A stretch of DNA of 64,000 nucleotides from Hydrolagus affinis (Eukaryota): the NCBI GenBank assembly GCA_012026655.1, contig JAAILG010000900.1:1-64000 (forward strand). Reading direction: 5' to 3'. How positions within the stretch are numbered: the first letter of the stretch is position 1; each line of letters begins with the position of its first letter. The position numbers and the translations under genes were made by a program. This document shows positions 1-12,099 of the stretch, in pieces. Below the pieces are notes generated by a model. That model did not search any database, was not told the DNA's origin, and worked only from the letters and a program-made list of their open reading frames with translations.

Positions 1-147
1 AGCGCCCGATGTGCGGAGGCGCTGGCTTGAGCCGATCAGGAGGGCCTCGGTCTTACTCACGTTCAATTGCAGGAAATTGTCCCTCGTCCAGGACTCAATG
101 TCGGACAGACATGCTGTCAGAACATCGATGGTCTGGGGGTTGAAGTG
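1..147 (-). mobile_element. L2-clade LINE, 5'-truncated, RT C-terminal coding fragment continuing off the left edge
   Basis: Minus-strand translation HFNPQTIDVLTACLSDIESWTRDNFLQLNVSKTEALLIGSSQRLRTSGA matches the L2 RT motif CLxDIxxWMxxNFLQLNxxKTE. GC/CpG-rich and ends abruptly at ~147. Confidence 0.9.
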
Positions 148-211
148 AATGAGCAATTTTAATATGGGGTGGGTGGGGAGGAGGGAAGTATTTGGCAAAG
201 GTAAGTATTTT

Positions 212-420
212 CTTTTCAACTAGTGCCATAGGATTTTAAAGTCCTCCTGAACAGGTAGATATGTTTAACAAAGACATCACCTCAGACAATGCTTCTATTC
301 CTAAGCATTGCATTGAATTCCTTAGCCTCTGAGCTCAAAGTACTGTACTGATGTAGGACTGGAACCCACAAACATCTGAAGCAAGTCTTTTGAGGCAAGA
401 GTATTACCAACTGAGCCAAC
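212..420 (-). mobile_element. Old SacSINE1/Deu-SINE-like fragment (tRNA head plus Deu core)
   Basis: Reverse complement gives GGCTCAGTTGGTAATACTCTTGCCTC...GTGGGTTCCAGTCC...AAAATCCTATGGCACTAGTTGAAAAG, similar to the copies at 24.3, 42 and 47.6 kb. Confidence 0.7.
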
Positions 421-1724
421 CTAACCCCTTGGTTGCTTCCTATTCACCAGTAGTCAATTACTCTCCTCTTCATTTTGTCTGTGCAAAGGAGATGCTACTG
501 TTGTATTCCAAATGATTGCTTGAAAGAATTAGTCATTCACATAGTTTGCTCACATTTCTTTGATATAATTTGTCATTCTGAACTTGCAGCTTTCACCTCT
601 AGCTTTTCATTAAATGGAATTGACACTTTTCCGTTTACTTTTTGTTTCTATTCCCATCTGCTCAGCTTGCTGGAGGTCTGGGATCGTTTAACCCACAGAC
701 TTAACAAGCTTTCATCAATGACACTCTGATTCTACCAACAAAATCCTTCAAGGGAATTAAGTTGATGACAAAGGATACCTGATAAACTAACGATTCTTCA
801 AGTAATAGTGGTAACCAAAGGCCCAGGATGAAAAATGTAGGTCATGGTCTTTCAATATTCTATTTTAAATTAAACATTTAATTTTATGATACAATGTATG
901 GTATATGAATAAGCTAAATAGATTTGATTTGATAGGGGAGTGATTTTTTATAAGGTAATCAGAAACCAAAACCTATTTGCATTTGAATGCCTGCTCTCGA
1001 TGTTAGGAAAAAATATAAGTGCTTTCAGTATTGAGGCTGAGAAGACACGTTCTTTATTATACCATTCATATGAGTTGATTGTAATCTATCCCAGCGATTG
1101 CATTTAATCCTGGTTTAAATTGGCTTTAATCCATTTTACAGCACAAGGTTACAGGAGCACATTTATTTCCCGAAGCTGTACTGAAACAGAAATAGCTTTT
1201 AGTTTCTTGATTTATTACTTTGTTGTACAAGTAAAATTAAATGTTTAATTCAAGTGCGCAAATAAACAATCTGCTGGCTATTCGTTCAGCACTCATAGGA
1301 TTTTGGAAATTGACTGTAATTCCAGTTACTCCATTTTGATTATCTTGCATCCTTGCGTGTATGGAACAGTCAGCATATTGGAAATAAAGAAAATAATGCC
1401 GCACAAACAGTTTGTTTGAAGAGACCGAAAGATATTACATATGATATTTCAACATTGTTCTATTAAGATGTTCTGTGCAATCAATGGGCCTGATTTTGTT
1501 TAGTTTTTTAAATTGTTGCATTCAGTTAAGTTAATGGTTGACTCTTTTAGTACAATTGTCTTTAAAGCTTCTAGAATATTTCTGAATGAAGACTGAGGAA
1601 TTTGCTGAGCTTTATATTTTATACTCGGTTTGGTTCTATTGTAACAAAAACAGAAAGTTAATGTTGTGTTTAATATTGACCAATAATAACTGCTGTGTTT
1701 ATATATTTAAAAAGTTATTTTTGA

Positions 1725-2035
1725 GCTCCGCTGAGTAGCCAAATAGTGAAATTCATACTGAACAGAAGGATACAGGTTCAAATCCTAGATGTTAATTTAT
1801 CTGAATTTAGGTGGAGTTGCAGTTAGGCTGCTATAAATGACCTCAATGAGAAAATCAGTCAGGACTGATCGCTATCCACTGACCCTTTGAGAAATGCGCA
1901 ACTGTAGAGGTTGGAGTGAAGATAAACTCAGATTCTGACATGGTGCCTCACCAAACAATCCTCCCTTCCCCTCCCACCGAGGAGAGAGAATTAGCTCAAA
2001 ATACATGTTTAGCAGCTTTTCACAGAATGTGATTG
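1725..2035 (+). mobile_element. Old tRNA-derived SINE, AmnSINE2-like (name from memory)
   Basis: CAGAAGGATACAGGTTCAAATCC (B-box-like) followed by AAAATCAGTCAGG and CTGATCGCTATCCACTGACCC. The same motifs recur at 21.9, 29.6 and 50.7 kb. Confidence 0.6.
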
Positions 2036-2531
2036 ATGCAAAATAGTGCTTCATAGCTTAGCAGGAATTATTTTTGGAATATTTGTCTTGAACTGATCTC
2101 AGTTTTAATTTTTATTTAAATTGGAAGCTAGTCATATAGCCTTGTTAATCCTTTCAAGATTATTATTATCGGGATTAAGTATGTAAGCAAACTCAAGCAA
2201 TCTACAGTTACATAACATGCAGTTACTAGTGATGCAGACAATAGTAACCATCTTGAATTACTTTGCACAATCTCAGTGGAAATAGCTAAAGAAGCATGCA
2301 TTGATGGCATCTAGTCTTTCTCTGCTGCAGCTTTTAATAAGATGTTGGTACTTCTGATGGTTTGTGTGCTTGTAATAATAAAACTGAGGGATACACTGCT
2401 GGGAGCTTGATATAGTTTATTATGCTGATTATGCTTTGTTTTGCTCTAAATAGACTGCAGATTGTAATCATGTTAAAGTACCTGCATCATTGTAGTAAGA
2501 TTCTGCATCACATTTCAATTCCATAAATTTA

Positions 2532-2550
2532 CAGCACCATCTACTGGTAA
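2532..2550 (-). promoter_or_regulatory. Candidate CTCF site
   Basis: Minus strand TTACCAGTAGATGGTGCTG fits the CTCF core CCASYAGRKGGCRS closely. Motif match only. Confidence 0.4.
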
Positions 2551-3785
2551 TGTTTGTATTCAGTATATTTTATTCTATATTTGCGTATAGGATTATACCT
2601 ACTTTTTTCATCATCCTGCAAGGGAAATTAATAATACAGTAACATTTTTCAAGATTTGTTGCTTCAAAACACCACATGATTTTATCGACCTATTTAGGCT
2701 ATTTTGCAAATAGCTTTAAGATTCAATTAAAGTTAGTTGGCAGTTTGGTCTGTCAAATCAATCTGACTCACCTAAAACAAACCTCATTTGCAACTTTCCT
2801 ACCGCTTAGCAATATTTTCCTGATCTCCCAAGGCACCTGCTTATTGAAACGATCGGATTTCGTTGCATTATTTTTGTTCACACATTGCTCTTTGGATTCT
2901 CCACGTCACCAGCTGTTATCTAGCTATGGAAAGGAGCTTGTTTGCAGATCATTGTGTATTTTAATGTCCCTAGCCAATAGGAAATGAGTAGCAATGACTC
3001 AGGTTGTCTTAACTGTTAATTTCTCATTCTCTCTTCCTGTGGGAAAGTATTTCCCTACACTGAGCTTTCGAAGATGAGTCAAGCAATCAAGTGCAGAATG
3101 GTTAGCACATATCAATAGCCATTTCCTTTGGTAGCACTTTTACGTGCAATAAAATATTGGAGTGTTTCATGATGCCAGGGTTGGACGTTGTTAATTGGGG
3201 TGGTGGTGGGGGGGAATGGATATGATGTAATAATGGGCATGGTTGAAAAGGTAGTTTATAAATTGGGATTTGAAGTTGGAAAGGGGGCAACATGGGGGAG
3301 TAGAGGAAGGAAGCTCAATTGTGCACTTTTGGGCTTTTTTTTAAATAAAGATAAGTAGTTCTAATTGTGTTTTTACTTCTCTTTTCTCCATTGGCTGATC
3401 TCCACAAAACATACTCCTATTTTCTTCTTTTGCAGTGGTGCCATTCCTGTATCCAAGGCAGCAAACTAGAAACCCTCTTACAAGCCGCCACTATTGGGAA
3501 TGGGATTTATGCAACACTCGTCTGTTGACCCTTTATTCACAAAACGATATCAATATTTTTAAATGTAACTTTGTAGCTTTTAGAGAAATCAAAGTTGTTC
3601 AGGCCTCAGCTGATCTCAGGGCACCATTTCCCACTAAATCCATCTTGTCATTGTTTAATGCCTCTCTTGTACACATATGCAAGTATTATTATTAGTAGTA
3701 GTAGTAGTAGTATATGTTGCCTCATACCATAATCTCTTGAGGGGAGTCTCTGGAAAAGCATTTGTTTCGAAAATGCCTGGAAGTA

Positions 3786-4110
3786 CAGTAAAACCTTGAT
3801 AATCCGACATTCCGAAAGTTGGCAACTCCCTAAAACTGGCAAGGCTTCAAAATACATACAGAAATAGATGTTTTCTGATGTACGGTAAATCTCCTGAAGT
3901 TTGGAACAGTTGCTCGTAGTTCCCGGCGTAGCCACTCTGTCATCTGGCGCTGTGGATGGAGCTTGAGCACTTTTTTGGTTTCAGTGTCTGTCTTTACATG
4001 TGGTGTATGGAGGTTCCCCAGCCATTTCTATGTAGGTTCTGAACACCGGAAAAATCTAAAATCCGGGAGGTGAGTTGGCTCAACCATACCGGGTTATCGA
4101 GGTTTTGCTA
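3786..4110. mobile_element. Tigger/pogo-like (Tc1/mariner superfamily) MITE, ~325 bp
   Basis: Imperfect TIRs CAGTAAAACCTTGATAATCCG and CGGGTTATCGAGGTTTTGCTA, each flanked by TA (3784-3785 and 4111-4112). No transposase ORF. Confidence 0.8.
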
Positions 4111-4146
4111 TAGCTGTTTATTTACATTTTGGGGATTGTGGAAAAA

Positions 4147-4459
4147 GATTCATGCATTGCATTCGGCGCCTCCATCACATCTTCTTGATGTCTCAAATCG
4201 CTGCGCAGAATATACTGTAAAGTGAAATGCCTTTAAATATTTGTGGGCAAAACACAGCAGCCAATTGCGCACAGCAGCATCCCACAAACAGTCGTGGATT
4301 GAAGTTACCAGTTTTATTACCGCTTTTTTTTCTTGAGGGATTATTATCAGGCACGTGTGTAGAGTAAGGAAACTTTCCCAAGGTTTCACACTGCCTGGAA
4401 TCAATCCCAGGATTCTCATGTGTGAGGTGAATACTCTTACTACAGTTACAGGACTCCAC
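4147..4459 (-). mobile_element. Young tRNA-derived SINE with L2-type tail (SINE-A), full length
   Basis: Reverse complement runs GTGGAGTCCTGTAAC...GGGATTGATTCCAGGCAG...TTTGTGGGATGCTGCTGTGCGCAATTGGCTG to the tail. Confidence 0.9.
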
Positions 4460-4565
4460 AAGTTTTACTAGCCAATTAATTTAGCACCTGCATTAATGGG
4501 GTAATGATGTTTGGTTGGAAATATGGAAATCGAAATGCAAGAAAGCGAAGTGCTACTTCATACTG

Positions 4566-4682
4566 GATGATTATTAAGTGTGTGGAGTTGAGACTTGCCG
4601 AACGTTTCGCCCTGCCTGGAATCGAACCCAAGTCTCTCACTTGTGAGGCGAGTGTTCTAACCACTGAGCTACTGTACTCCAC
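4566..4682 (-). mobile_element. SINE-A 5' half (tRNA head)
   Basis: Reverse complement has A box TAGCTCAGTGG and B box GGTTCGATTCC; the 3' half is missing. Confidence 0.85.
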
Positions 4683-6046
4683 ATGTGTATTTCTTAATTG
4701 AAAGTAGTTTACAGTGGTCTGGTTGGCACTGTGGGAAATAAAATTGTCCTGTAACTTCATATTTCCTGCCCTTATCTCCCCTCAGTCCATCTCTGAGCTT
4801 ATTGAATTTACAATAAATCCTGATTCTTCAACAGGCTCAACAAACTAATGCTTTTTTTTAAATTGTCTGAATAAGGATTTGGTTTCATCAATTTATTAGA
4901 GATGGTTTTGAATCCACATCTACTTTCTGTGGCAAATGTAATTTTGAATAATTCAAGGGAAATTGTTTGCCGTTTCACCAAACGACAGGATGAAGAGCTG
5001 GAATATTCATCATTGTTAGATTTTACAGCTTTGAGCTCTGCTCATTGATGCTAATCGATTCAGTTTGAAATAACTTCGCTCATGCTTGTACAAGTGGAAT
5101 CTGTCTCCTGGGGCCTTTGCTTTTTGAATGCTGGATGATAAAAGCCACAATTAATTAGCCATTTTTCCACATATTTTGTTGGATTCCACAGTTTCAATGG
5201 GAAGGGCCAAGCAATCTGCAGTGAGAAATCATTATTTATGACATATGTTGGATGGTACATCTGATTCCTAGTAGGATACAGTTCTGATTCATCTGTAAAG
5301 TATTAGTGACAGGGATGATAGTGACAAGCATTAAAGCACTTTTGTTTTGTCCTTTCACTGCCGGGGACTCAAAAATTTATTTTCATCTCCATTTCAGTTT
5401 CAGAAAATGAACCTAACGTTGAAACCTCACTGAAATATATAATTTAAAAACTGGATCCTCTCGAGGACAGAGTTGCAGATTTTTTTGTTTTTTTTAGCAC
5501 AGTGCACTCAGTATTCAGTCCTTTTGATCTTTATGTTGCTCAACGTCAATGAACATCTCTTAACAAATCAATCTGCAAACTGCTGCTGACCACCTTTTGG
5601 ATTTACAATGATCTTAAAACAATGCGACTTCTAAAATTCTCAAATGCCACTATATTTTCTTGACTATTTTGAGAATTAAACAGTTGCTGTTTCTATTCCA
5701 TGAAAGTATTGGTTTGTTCAATGGGTTGCAATGCTCACAGAAAAGATTGCAATGGCAGATTGCAGTAGCTCAAATTGATTGATCCAGCAGATCTTCCAAT
5801 TGGCAACAAGTCAAAATTGAAGAGCAAATTCAGGATCAAGATCTTAATGTATTTGCTTGTACGGTTTCTTAATTTCTCTCCATTCTGATGGGGTTTTTTA
5901 ATTCAGTAACTGGCGGTCCGTGTGATTTGTCAGAAATATTCCCATCGGATGCAGGAACTCCATTCCTAGAAATCAAGGAATTCAAGTGATTAAGAGTCAT
6001 GTTTATCTTTTTGTTGCTCAAAGCTCTGTTCTTATACTAAAAATCT

Positions 6047-6294
6047 GTGGAGTCCTGTAGCTCAGTGGTTACAGCACTCACCTTAGAGCAGCACAAAACC
6101 TTGGGCTTGTTTCCTTACTCCACACACCTAATAATAATCCCTCAAAAGAAAAATTGGTCATTTTGATCCATGACTGTTTGTGGGACACTGCTGTGTAAAA
6201 ACAGTCAATTCACTTTACAGTATATTCCATGAAGAGCTTTGCGACGTCTAGAAAATGTGCAAAGCGCTATATCAAATGCAAGGATTATTATTAT
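6047..6294 (+). mobile_element. SINE-A with internal deletions including the B box
   Basis: GTGGAGTCCTGTAGCTCAGTGG ... GCGCTATATCAAATGCAAGGATTATTATTA. Confidence 0.9.
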
Positions 6295-7169
6295 AAAATT
6301 GTGTTGAATGGCCTTCATTCAATGCTGCAAAATGTTATGCTTTATGATATTGAACCATGAACTAATTACAGCAATTATATAATGTGTTTCCATGTGTCTG
6401 AGACAGCGAAAATCTTATTGCCATACTTAATAATTCCTGATTACAATTATTATCCAAAGAGTGATCAGCTGTTCAAGTAGATATTATCCTGTACCAATGT
6501 GATTGCTGAGGTATTGTCCTGGACTTCAAACTATTGTTTGTATCTGCACTCGAACATGACTTGAACACATATGAACGAGATGGTTTAAGTGTAACCTGTT
6601 GTACTGTAGGTTCAAATTGCTAACTCCCTCAGTCATAATTCAATAGGTAACTTGTAACCACATCATACCTTATTAGAGAAATCATCTGTAAAGTAGCTGC
6701 TAAAACCCTTTTGATATTTGAATAACAATCCTCCATCTCTCAAATGATGTTCAAATATCAGTCATTATAACAACTCATGGGATCTAGATGCAGGTCTATA
6801 TTTACTCCAGCTTCACAGTTAATGTATCCTCTAGACCCATTTGAAGATCGCTAAGTGAAATAACACATTAGACCATTTTCCTCAGATGCTCTTAAACTGC
6901 ACAGTGAATATTAGATTTCCATGAAAGCTGTTTTGGTTTCTGATTTTGTGAACTATAATCTTCTTTACACATATAAAATTGTATGTGCTAGTTTTAGAAA
7001 CTCAATAATTGAAGACTAAATCATATTGATTTTAAATAATTATCTTGGACAACTGGGTATCTGACACATGTGGTAAACTTTGGTAAACCCATTACCAAAG
7101 TTTAAGATTATCCAAATTAGACTGAGCATTCCATATATGCATTTGGAATTAAATCTATAGGGGGTATTG

Positions 7170-7422
7170 TAATAATAATAATAGTAATCCTTGCATTTGA
7201 TATAGTGCTTTTCAGGTCTTCTCGACATCTAAAAGTGCTTCACAAAATATACTGTAAAGTGAATTGACTGTATTTTGTGGACAAAATGCAGCAGCCAACA
7301 TCATACAGCAGTGTCCCATAACAATCGTACATAGAAATGACCAATTTTCTTTTGAGAGATATTATTAGGAGTGTGGAGTAAGGAAACTTGCCCAAGATGT
7401 CGCCCTGCCTGGAACTGAACCC
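7170..7422 (-). mobile_element. SINE-A, 5'-truncated at the B box
   Basis: (AAT)n, then CCTTGCATTTGATATAGTGCTTTTC ... GGAGTAAGGAAACTTGCCCAAG ... CCTGGAACTGAACCC. Confidence 0.9.
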
Positions 7423-8202
7423 TGTGCTGGAGTTTAACTGCTAATCCCACAATGCTTGCCGTTTGAGAGCACTGTCTGGCAGGATTCCTGCTGCTTGTCC
7501 AGTTAGCACCACTTAGCATCGGGCTTCGGCTCAGCGGGATCCCAGTGGGAAGGATTCCCTGCAGGCATAATTGAAAATGAATATTTAATGTGTTTTGCAT
7601 ACAGTATTTAAGAATATAATTGCATCACAGCTGTAGATATAACAAATGAAATGCTTGAATTGAAATGAAATTCTAGCAGCAAATTCAACCATTTATCTCA
7701 AACTTTCTTTTTACAGTTTGTGTGTATTTCACAGCTAGAGGGCACTACGGTACATCAATTTTCCTAGTTTAAACTCATTCAAGTGTTTGGGACACGTTTG
7801 TTTAAATACAAGCACAAGTTGATAGTGTATTGTAATAATACGATAGATTTGATAGCAAATGTTACCAATCTAGTCAAGATGATCAAATTGGGACAAGTTT
7901 TAAAAATGTAACCTACCTTCTCAATGAGTGCAACAGTCTATTTGAATCAGATGCAATACAGTAAGCCCTCAACAAGTATCCACATTTAGAAACCTTCTAA
8001 CAATAATTATGGGTTAGGCTAGGAAAATTCTACCCTCCCTGTGATCTTGAATCCTGTTGAAGTGGCTCACTGAAATAAACTAAAGTAATGCGAATGTAAT
8101 TGCTATTGTTTCTTTTGGTCTGTTGGGGGTATCTTATCGAAGGTCAAATATTCTGCCTCATAGGCATGTAGGCAATTAGTTTGGTGCCACAGAACTCTCA
8201 TT

Positions 8203-8517
8203 GAGTCCTGTAGCTCAGTACTTGGAGCACTTGCCTTGCAAGCAAGAGATCTGGGTTCAATTCCAGGCAGGGTGATACCTTGAGCAAGTTTCCTTACTCC
8301 ACACACCCGATAATAATCCCTTGAAAAACAACAATAACAATTTTTTCACTTCAATCCATGACTGTTTGTGGGACACTGCTGTGTACAATTGGCTGCCGCA
8401 TATCTCCCATAACAATATAGTAATTTCAATTTACACTATATTCTGTGAAGCGCTTTGAGACTTCTAGAAGATGTGAAAAGTGCTATATCAAATGCAAGGA
8501 TTATTATTATTATTATT
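8203..8517 (+). mobile_element. SINE-A, full length
   Basis: GAGTCCTGTAGCTCAG head, GGTTCAATTCC B box, conserved body and (TTA)6 tail. Confidence 0.92.
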
Positions 8518-9289
8518 GACTACCCACTTGCAGTGTCAAATGGAGATGAAATGCTATTGAGAGAACCTTTGGATCGAGTCACCAGCCTTGTTCTCATTTA
8601 GTGACTGTTTGGTGTAAGGGTTTAAAGAGAGGAGGAACATGATGACAAATTAGAAAAGTGAAGCATTTTTAATTCAATGAATCAGCCCCTGGTTGTTTCA
8701 GCAAACTACCAGCAGGTGACAGTGGTGTCCTTCAGACAAGACACTATTTCAATAACTTGCTAAAAACTGTCCTTGGAACAATTATTTATATATTTTTAAG
8801 CACAATAGCCCATGCAAAATTGATCAGACTTAAAGCAGAACTCATTTCCCTCTACCTCAGACTATCCATTCTAAATAAGTTTGATCCATATATTTAACAA
8901 TTAACAAATGTGGCGAATAGAGCCCCAAGTGCCAAAAATCTTATAATATTTATACAAACCCCAACTCCCTTAAAATCCATTTTAATGTTTAAACAAAAAG
9001 GATAAATTCCAGAATTGTGTATGTACACAGTCATTTAAATTGATTTATTATGAGCACAAGCTGTGCATGTGAGAATAAATGATACTGCTCCATATATCTT
9101 TGCATAATTTTATGTTCCTTCCAATCCCATCTCTTTGGCCCTCCCTCCCCCCCCAAAGAAGTCTTTCCAGCTTAATAAAACTGTATTGTACTTGTGAAAA
9201 TATACAAGTTTTAGGTAACGTCCCATTTATAACAACGTATGCATCTTCCAGCAGAAAGTAAATCTATTGTGAGTTATTTGGTGGAGATG

Positions 9290-9570
9290 CTGGTGAGGGA
9301 AATCTTAAAATTAGAGCTTGGCTTTTTAGGAGTGAAATTGGGAAGAATTTTCATGCAAAGAGTAATGGAAATCTGGAACTCTTTCCCCCAAAAGGCTGTA
9401 GATGCTGTATCCATTCAAATTTTCAAGACTGAGGTGGATAATTTTTTTGTTAGGTAAGAGTATCAAGGGATATGGGGCAAAGCGGGTAATTGGAGTTGAT
9501 CCAGCCATGATCCAATATAATGGTGTAACAGGCTCAAGGGGCTCAATGGCTTAGTTCTGTTCCTATATTC
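9290..9570 (+). mobile_element. CR1-clade LINE 3' end
   Basis: Residual ORF2 end QRVMEIWNSFPQKAVDAVSIQIFKTEVDNF (WNxLP motif), then the 3' UTR GGCTCAAGGGGCTCAATGGC...CTGTTCCTATATT. Confidence 0.85.
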
Positions 9571-9728
9571 CAGCCTTAAAGTTAAGTTCAATATAAATAA
9601 TACAGAAATAGAATTTAGGATATTAATTACATTTCTCAACACGCCGCCAAGAGAAATGCCAAGAAGAAGAATGTTTTTTTTAAGAAAAGCTGCTGTCTCT
9701 GACACATTTTTCCCACCACTCTCCCTGT

Positions 9729-9829
9729 TTGCATTTGATATAGAGCTTTATCACGTCTTTGAGATGTCTCAAAGAGCTTCACAGAATATATTGCAAAATG
9801 AATTGACTGTATACAGTATTTTGTGACAA
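9729..9829 (-). mobile_element. SINE-A 3' fragment
   Basis: TTGCATTTGATATAGAGCTTTATCACGTC...GCTTCACAGAATATATTG. Confidence 0.8.
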
Positions 9830-9853
9830 ATCTGTGCAGGGTTAGCTGAACTC

Positions 9854-9922
9854 AACAACAACAAAAACAACAACTTCGATTTATATAGCACCCTCCACGC
9901 CGGACGGCGCCTCAGAACGCTT
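9854..9922 (-). mobile_element. Short L2-type 3' tail with (TTG)n, inside an AmnSINE2-like remnant
   Basis: Reverse complement AAGCGTTCTGAGGCGCCGTCCGGCGTGGAGGGTGCTATATAAATCGAAG(TTG)n. Similar tails at ~12.0, 41.7 and 53.8 kb. Confidence 0.75.
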
Positions 9923-10017
9923 AACTACCAGTGTTTCTGATCATTATCTGGTGAGTCTTGGGTCCCTTGGATGTTGGTTGAAGGCAGTATTCCACTTTTT
10001 AGTCAGTATTCCACTTA

Positions 10018-10310
10018 GGTGCCATGTTTGTCAGATGAAATGTTAAACTAAGATCCTGCCTGTCGATTTACATGGGCATTAAAGATCCATGGCACGATTT
10101 GAAAAGAACGAATGGAGTTTCTCCTGATGTTCTGACCAACAATCCTTCACTTAAATTGATCATTCACTTTGTGGCTGTTTGCATGCCACTGCTTGTGCAT
10201 ATTGGGGGGTTTGCCTACAAATACATTTGTACAAATAAAAGTACATGTATCTTGAAGCACCTTGAGACATTTTGATGTGATAAGGTGAAATATCAAATGC
10301 AAGAATCATA
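10018..10310 (+). mobile_element. SacSINE1/Deu-SINE-like, 5'-truncated
   Basis: GGTGCCATGTTTGTCAGATGAAATGTTAAAC...AAAGATCCATGGCACGATTTGAAAAG, ending ATCAAATGCAAG. Confidence 0.75.
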
Positions 10311-10490
10311 AATAAAATGTGAATGCAACATAGAACTAAGCCACTAGATGTGTGTGATCAACGAACACAATCAAAACAAAGATTTCAATTCTCAATCCTC
10401 ATGAGTTCTGATAGTAATTGCACAAAACAGCTTGAATGTACTGTTGTACACAGGTTTAGGCAAACTGGACAATTTGCACAAAGCTACTGT

Positions 10491-10776
10491 AGAGCATTTG
10501 CTTCTCAAGCGAGAGACCTGGGTTTGATTCCCAGGAGGGCAAAACCTTGGGCAAGTTTCCTTACTCCCCACACCTCATAATATTCCCTCAAAAAAATAAT
10601 ATATCAGTCATTTCAATCCATGACTATTTGTGGGACACTGCTGTGTGCAATTGGCTGCAGTGTTTCACCCACAAATATACAGTTAATTCAATTTATCATA
10701 TATTCTGTGAAGCGCTTTAAGACATCTAGAAGATGTGATAAGGCGCAATATCAAATGTAAATATTATTATTATTAT
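10491..10776 (+). mobile_element. SINE-A, near full length
   Basis: GCGAGAGACCTGGGTTTGATTCCC, conserved body and (TTA)n tail. Confidence 0.9.
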
Positions 10777-11003
10777 GTAATATACTGATAACTGCTATGA
10801 CTCTATGAACTGCTGTCCAATTTCTTAGGCAAAAGATTAAAAATTTACTCTTGTAAATGTAGTGAACTAGCATGAAGAAACACAGACCTAGATATCCAAT
10901 GACCCCTGGGGATGCCCAGTTGTAGGGGTTTCTGTGAACTGTTGTTATTTTTTTAGAAAAAAAACTTTTGATACCATCTCTCCCTCCTGAGTTTGTACCC
11001 ATT

Positions 11004-11443
11004 TCCTTTCACTTTGTTCCCAATCTTTTGGTTTGGATTAGTCGCATTATACCGAAATGCTCTTTATTCTTTCAGTCTTTCCCTATGTTGCTGGCCTTGT
11101 TATCTTCGGCTCACAATCCCTTACACCAAAGGAGTCTTTTTGTACCTGAGCTGAGGGGTAATCCTGATGGAACATATTGTATTTGTTTTTGGTATGTGAT
11201 GCTTTACAGGAAAGTGACAATTGGTACTGTGAACTCAACCAGCCAGGTCGTTTTGTTGTGATGTTGAGCTTTGCAGGATTACCCCTCAGCTCCAATACAA
11301 AAAGGGAAAAAAAAATCCTTTGGTGTTCGAAAGCACGAGCTAAAGATAACAAGCGGACAGCATTGTGAAGCCTTGAAAGAATAAGAGAGTATTCTGTGGT
11401 GTAGCTAATCCAGACCAAAAGATGGAACTGAAAGTGAGAGGAG
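11004..11443. repeat. Long diverged inverted repeat with ~165-bp arms and ~105-bp spacer
   Basis: The arms align in reverse complement along their length. Perfect 19-bp inner block GAGCTGAGGGGTAATCCTG (11148-11166) / CAGGATTACCCCTCAGCTC (11274-11292). Confidence 0.9.
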
Positions 11444-11656
11444 ATCAGAGCAGGCAGAGAGCAAGAACATGTATTTAAATAAGCAGTGAGAGAGTAAATT
11501 GAGACAAAGATATGGAAAAAAATAGAAACAGTTAAGGAACATGGACAAATTGGAAAAAAAAATCCATCTTTAGTGGGAAATCGTCCGATATTTTTTAAAT
11601 AGTAAATTATTTAGGTTTAATTGGCATGATTTATCATGGAATAAGGTAAGGACTTA

Positions 11657-11972
11657 TAATAATAATAATAATAATAATAATCCTTGCATTTGATATAGTG
11701 CCTTATCACGTCTTGTAGGAGTATCAAAGCGCTTCACAGAATACACTGTAAAGTTAATTGACTGTATATATGTAGGTGAAATGTGGCAGCCAGTTGCACG
11801 CAGCCTTGTTCCACAAACAGTTATGGGTTGAAATGACCGATTTATTATTGTTTTTTTGAGGGATTATTATTAGGCGTGTGGAGTAAGGAAATTTGCCCAA
11901 GGTTTCGCGCTGCCTGGAACCCCAGGTCTCTCACTTGTACGGCGAGTGCACTAACCACTGAGCTATGTTCCA
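11657..11972 (-). mobile_element. SINE-A, full length
   Basis: (AAT)8 tail, conserved body and head ending CTAACCACTGAGCTA on the plus strand. Confidence 0.92.
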
Positions 11973-12099
11973 TATGTCGTATATTATGTCACAATACATC
12001 TAACAACTTGGATTTGTATTACGCCCTCCATGCCAAACGGCGTGTCAGAGAACTTAAAACAGGGGTCACAGGTGAAGGGAAAGAATTACTCCAGGTTGC

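Noticed and set aside
3415-3570. Strong plus-strand splice acceptor at 3435
   Set aside because: No good donor follows and no frame gives a recognisable peptide; such sites are common by chance.
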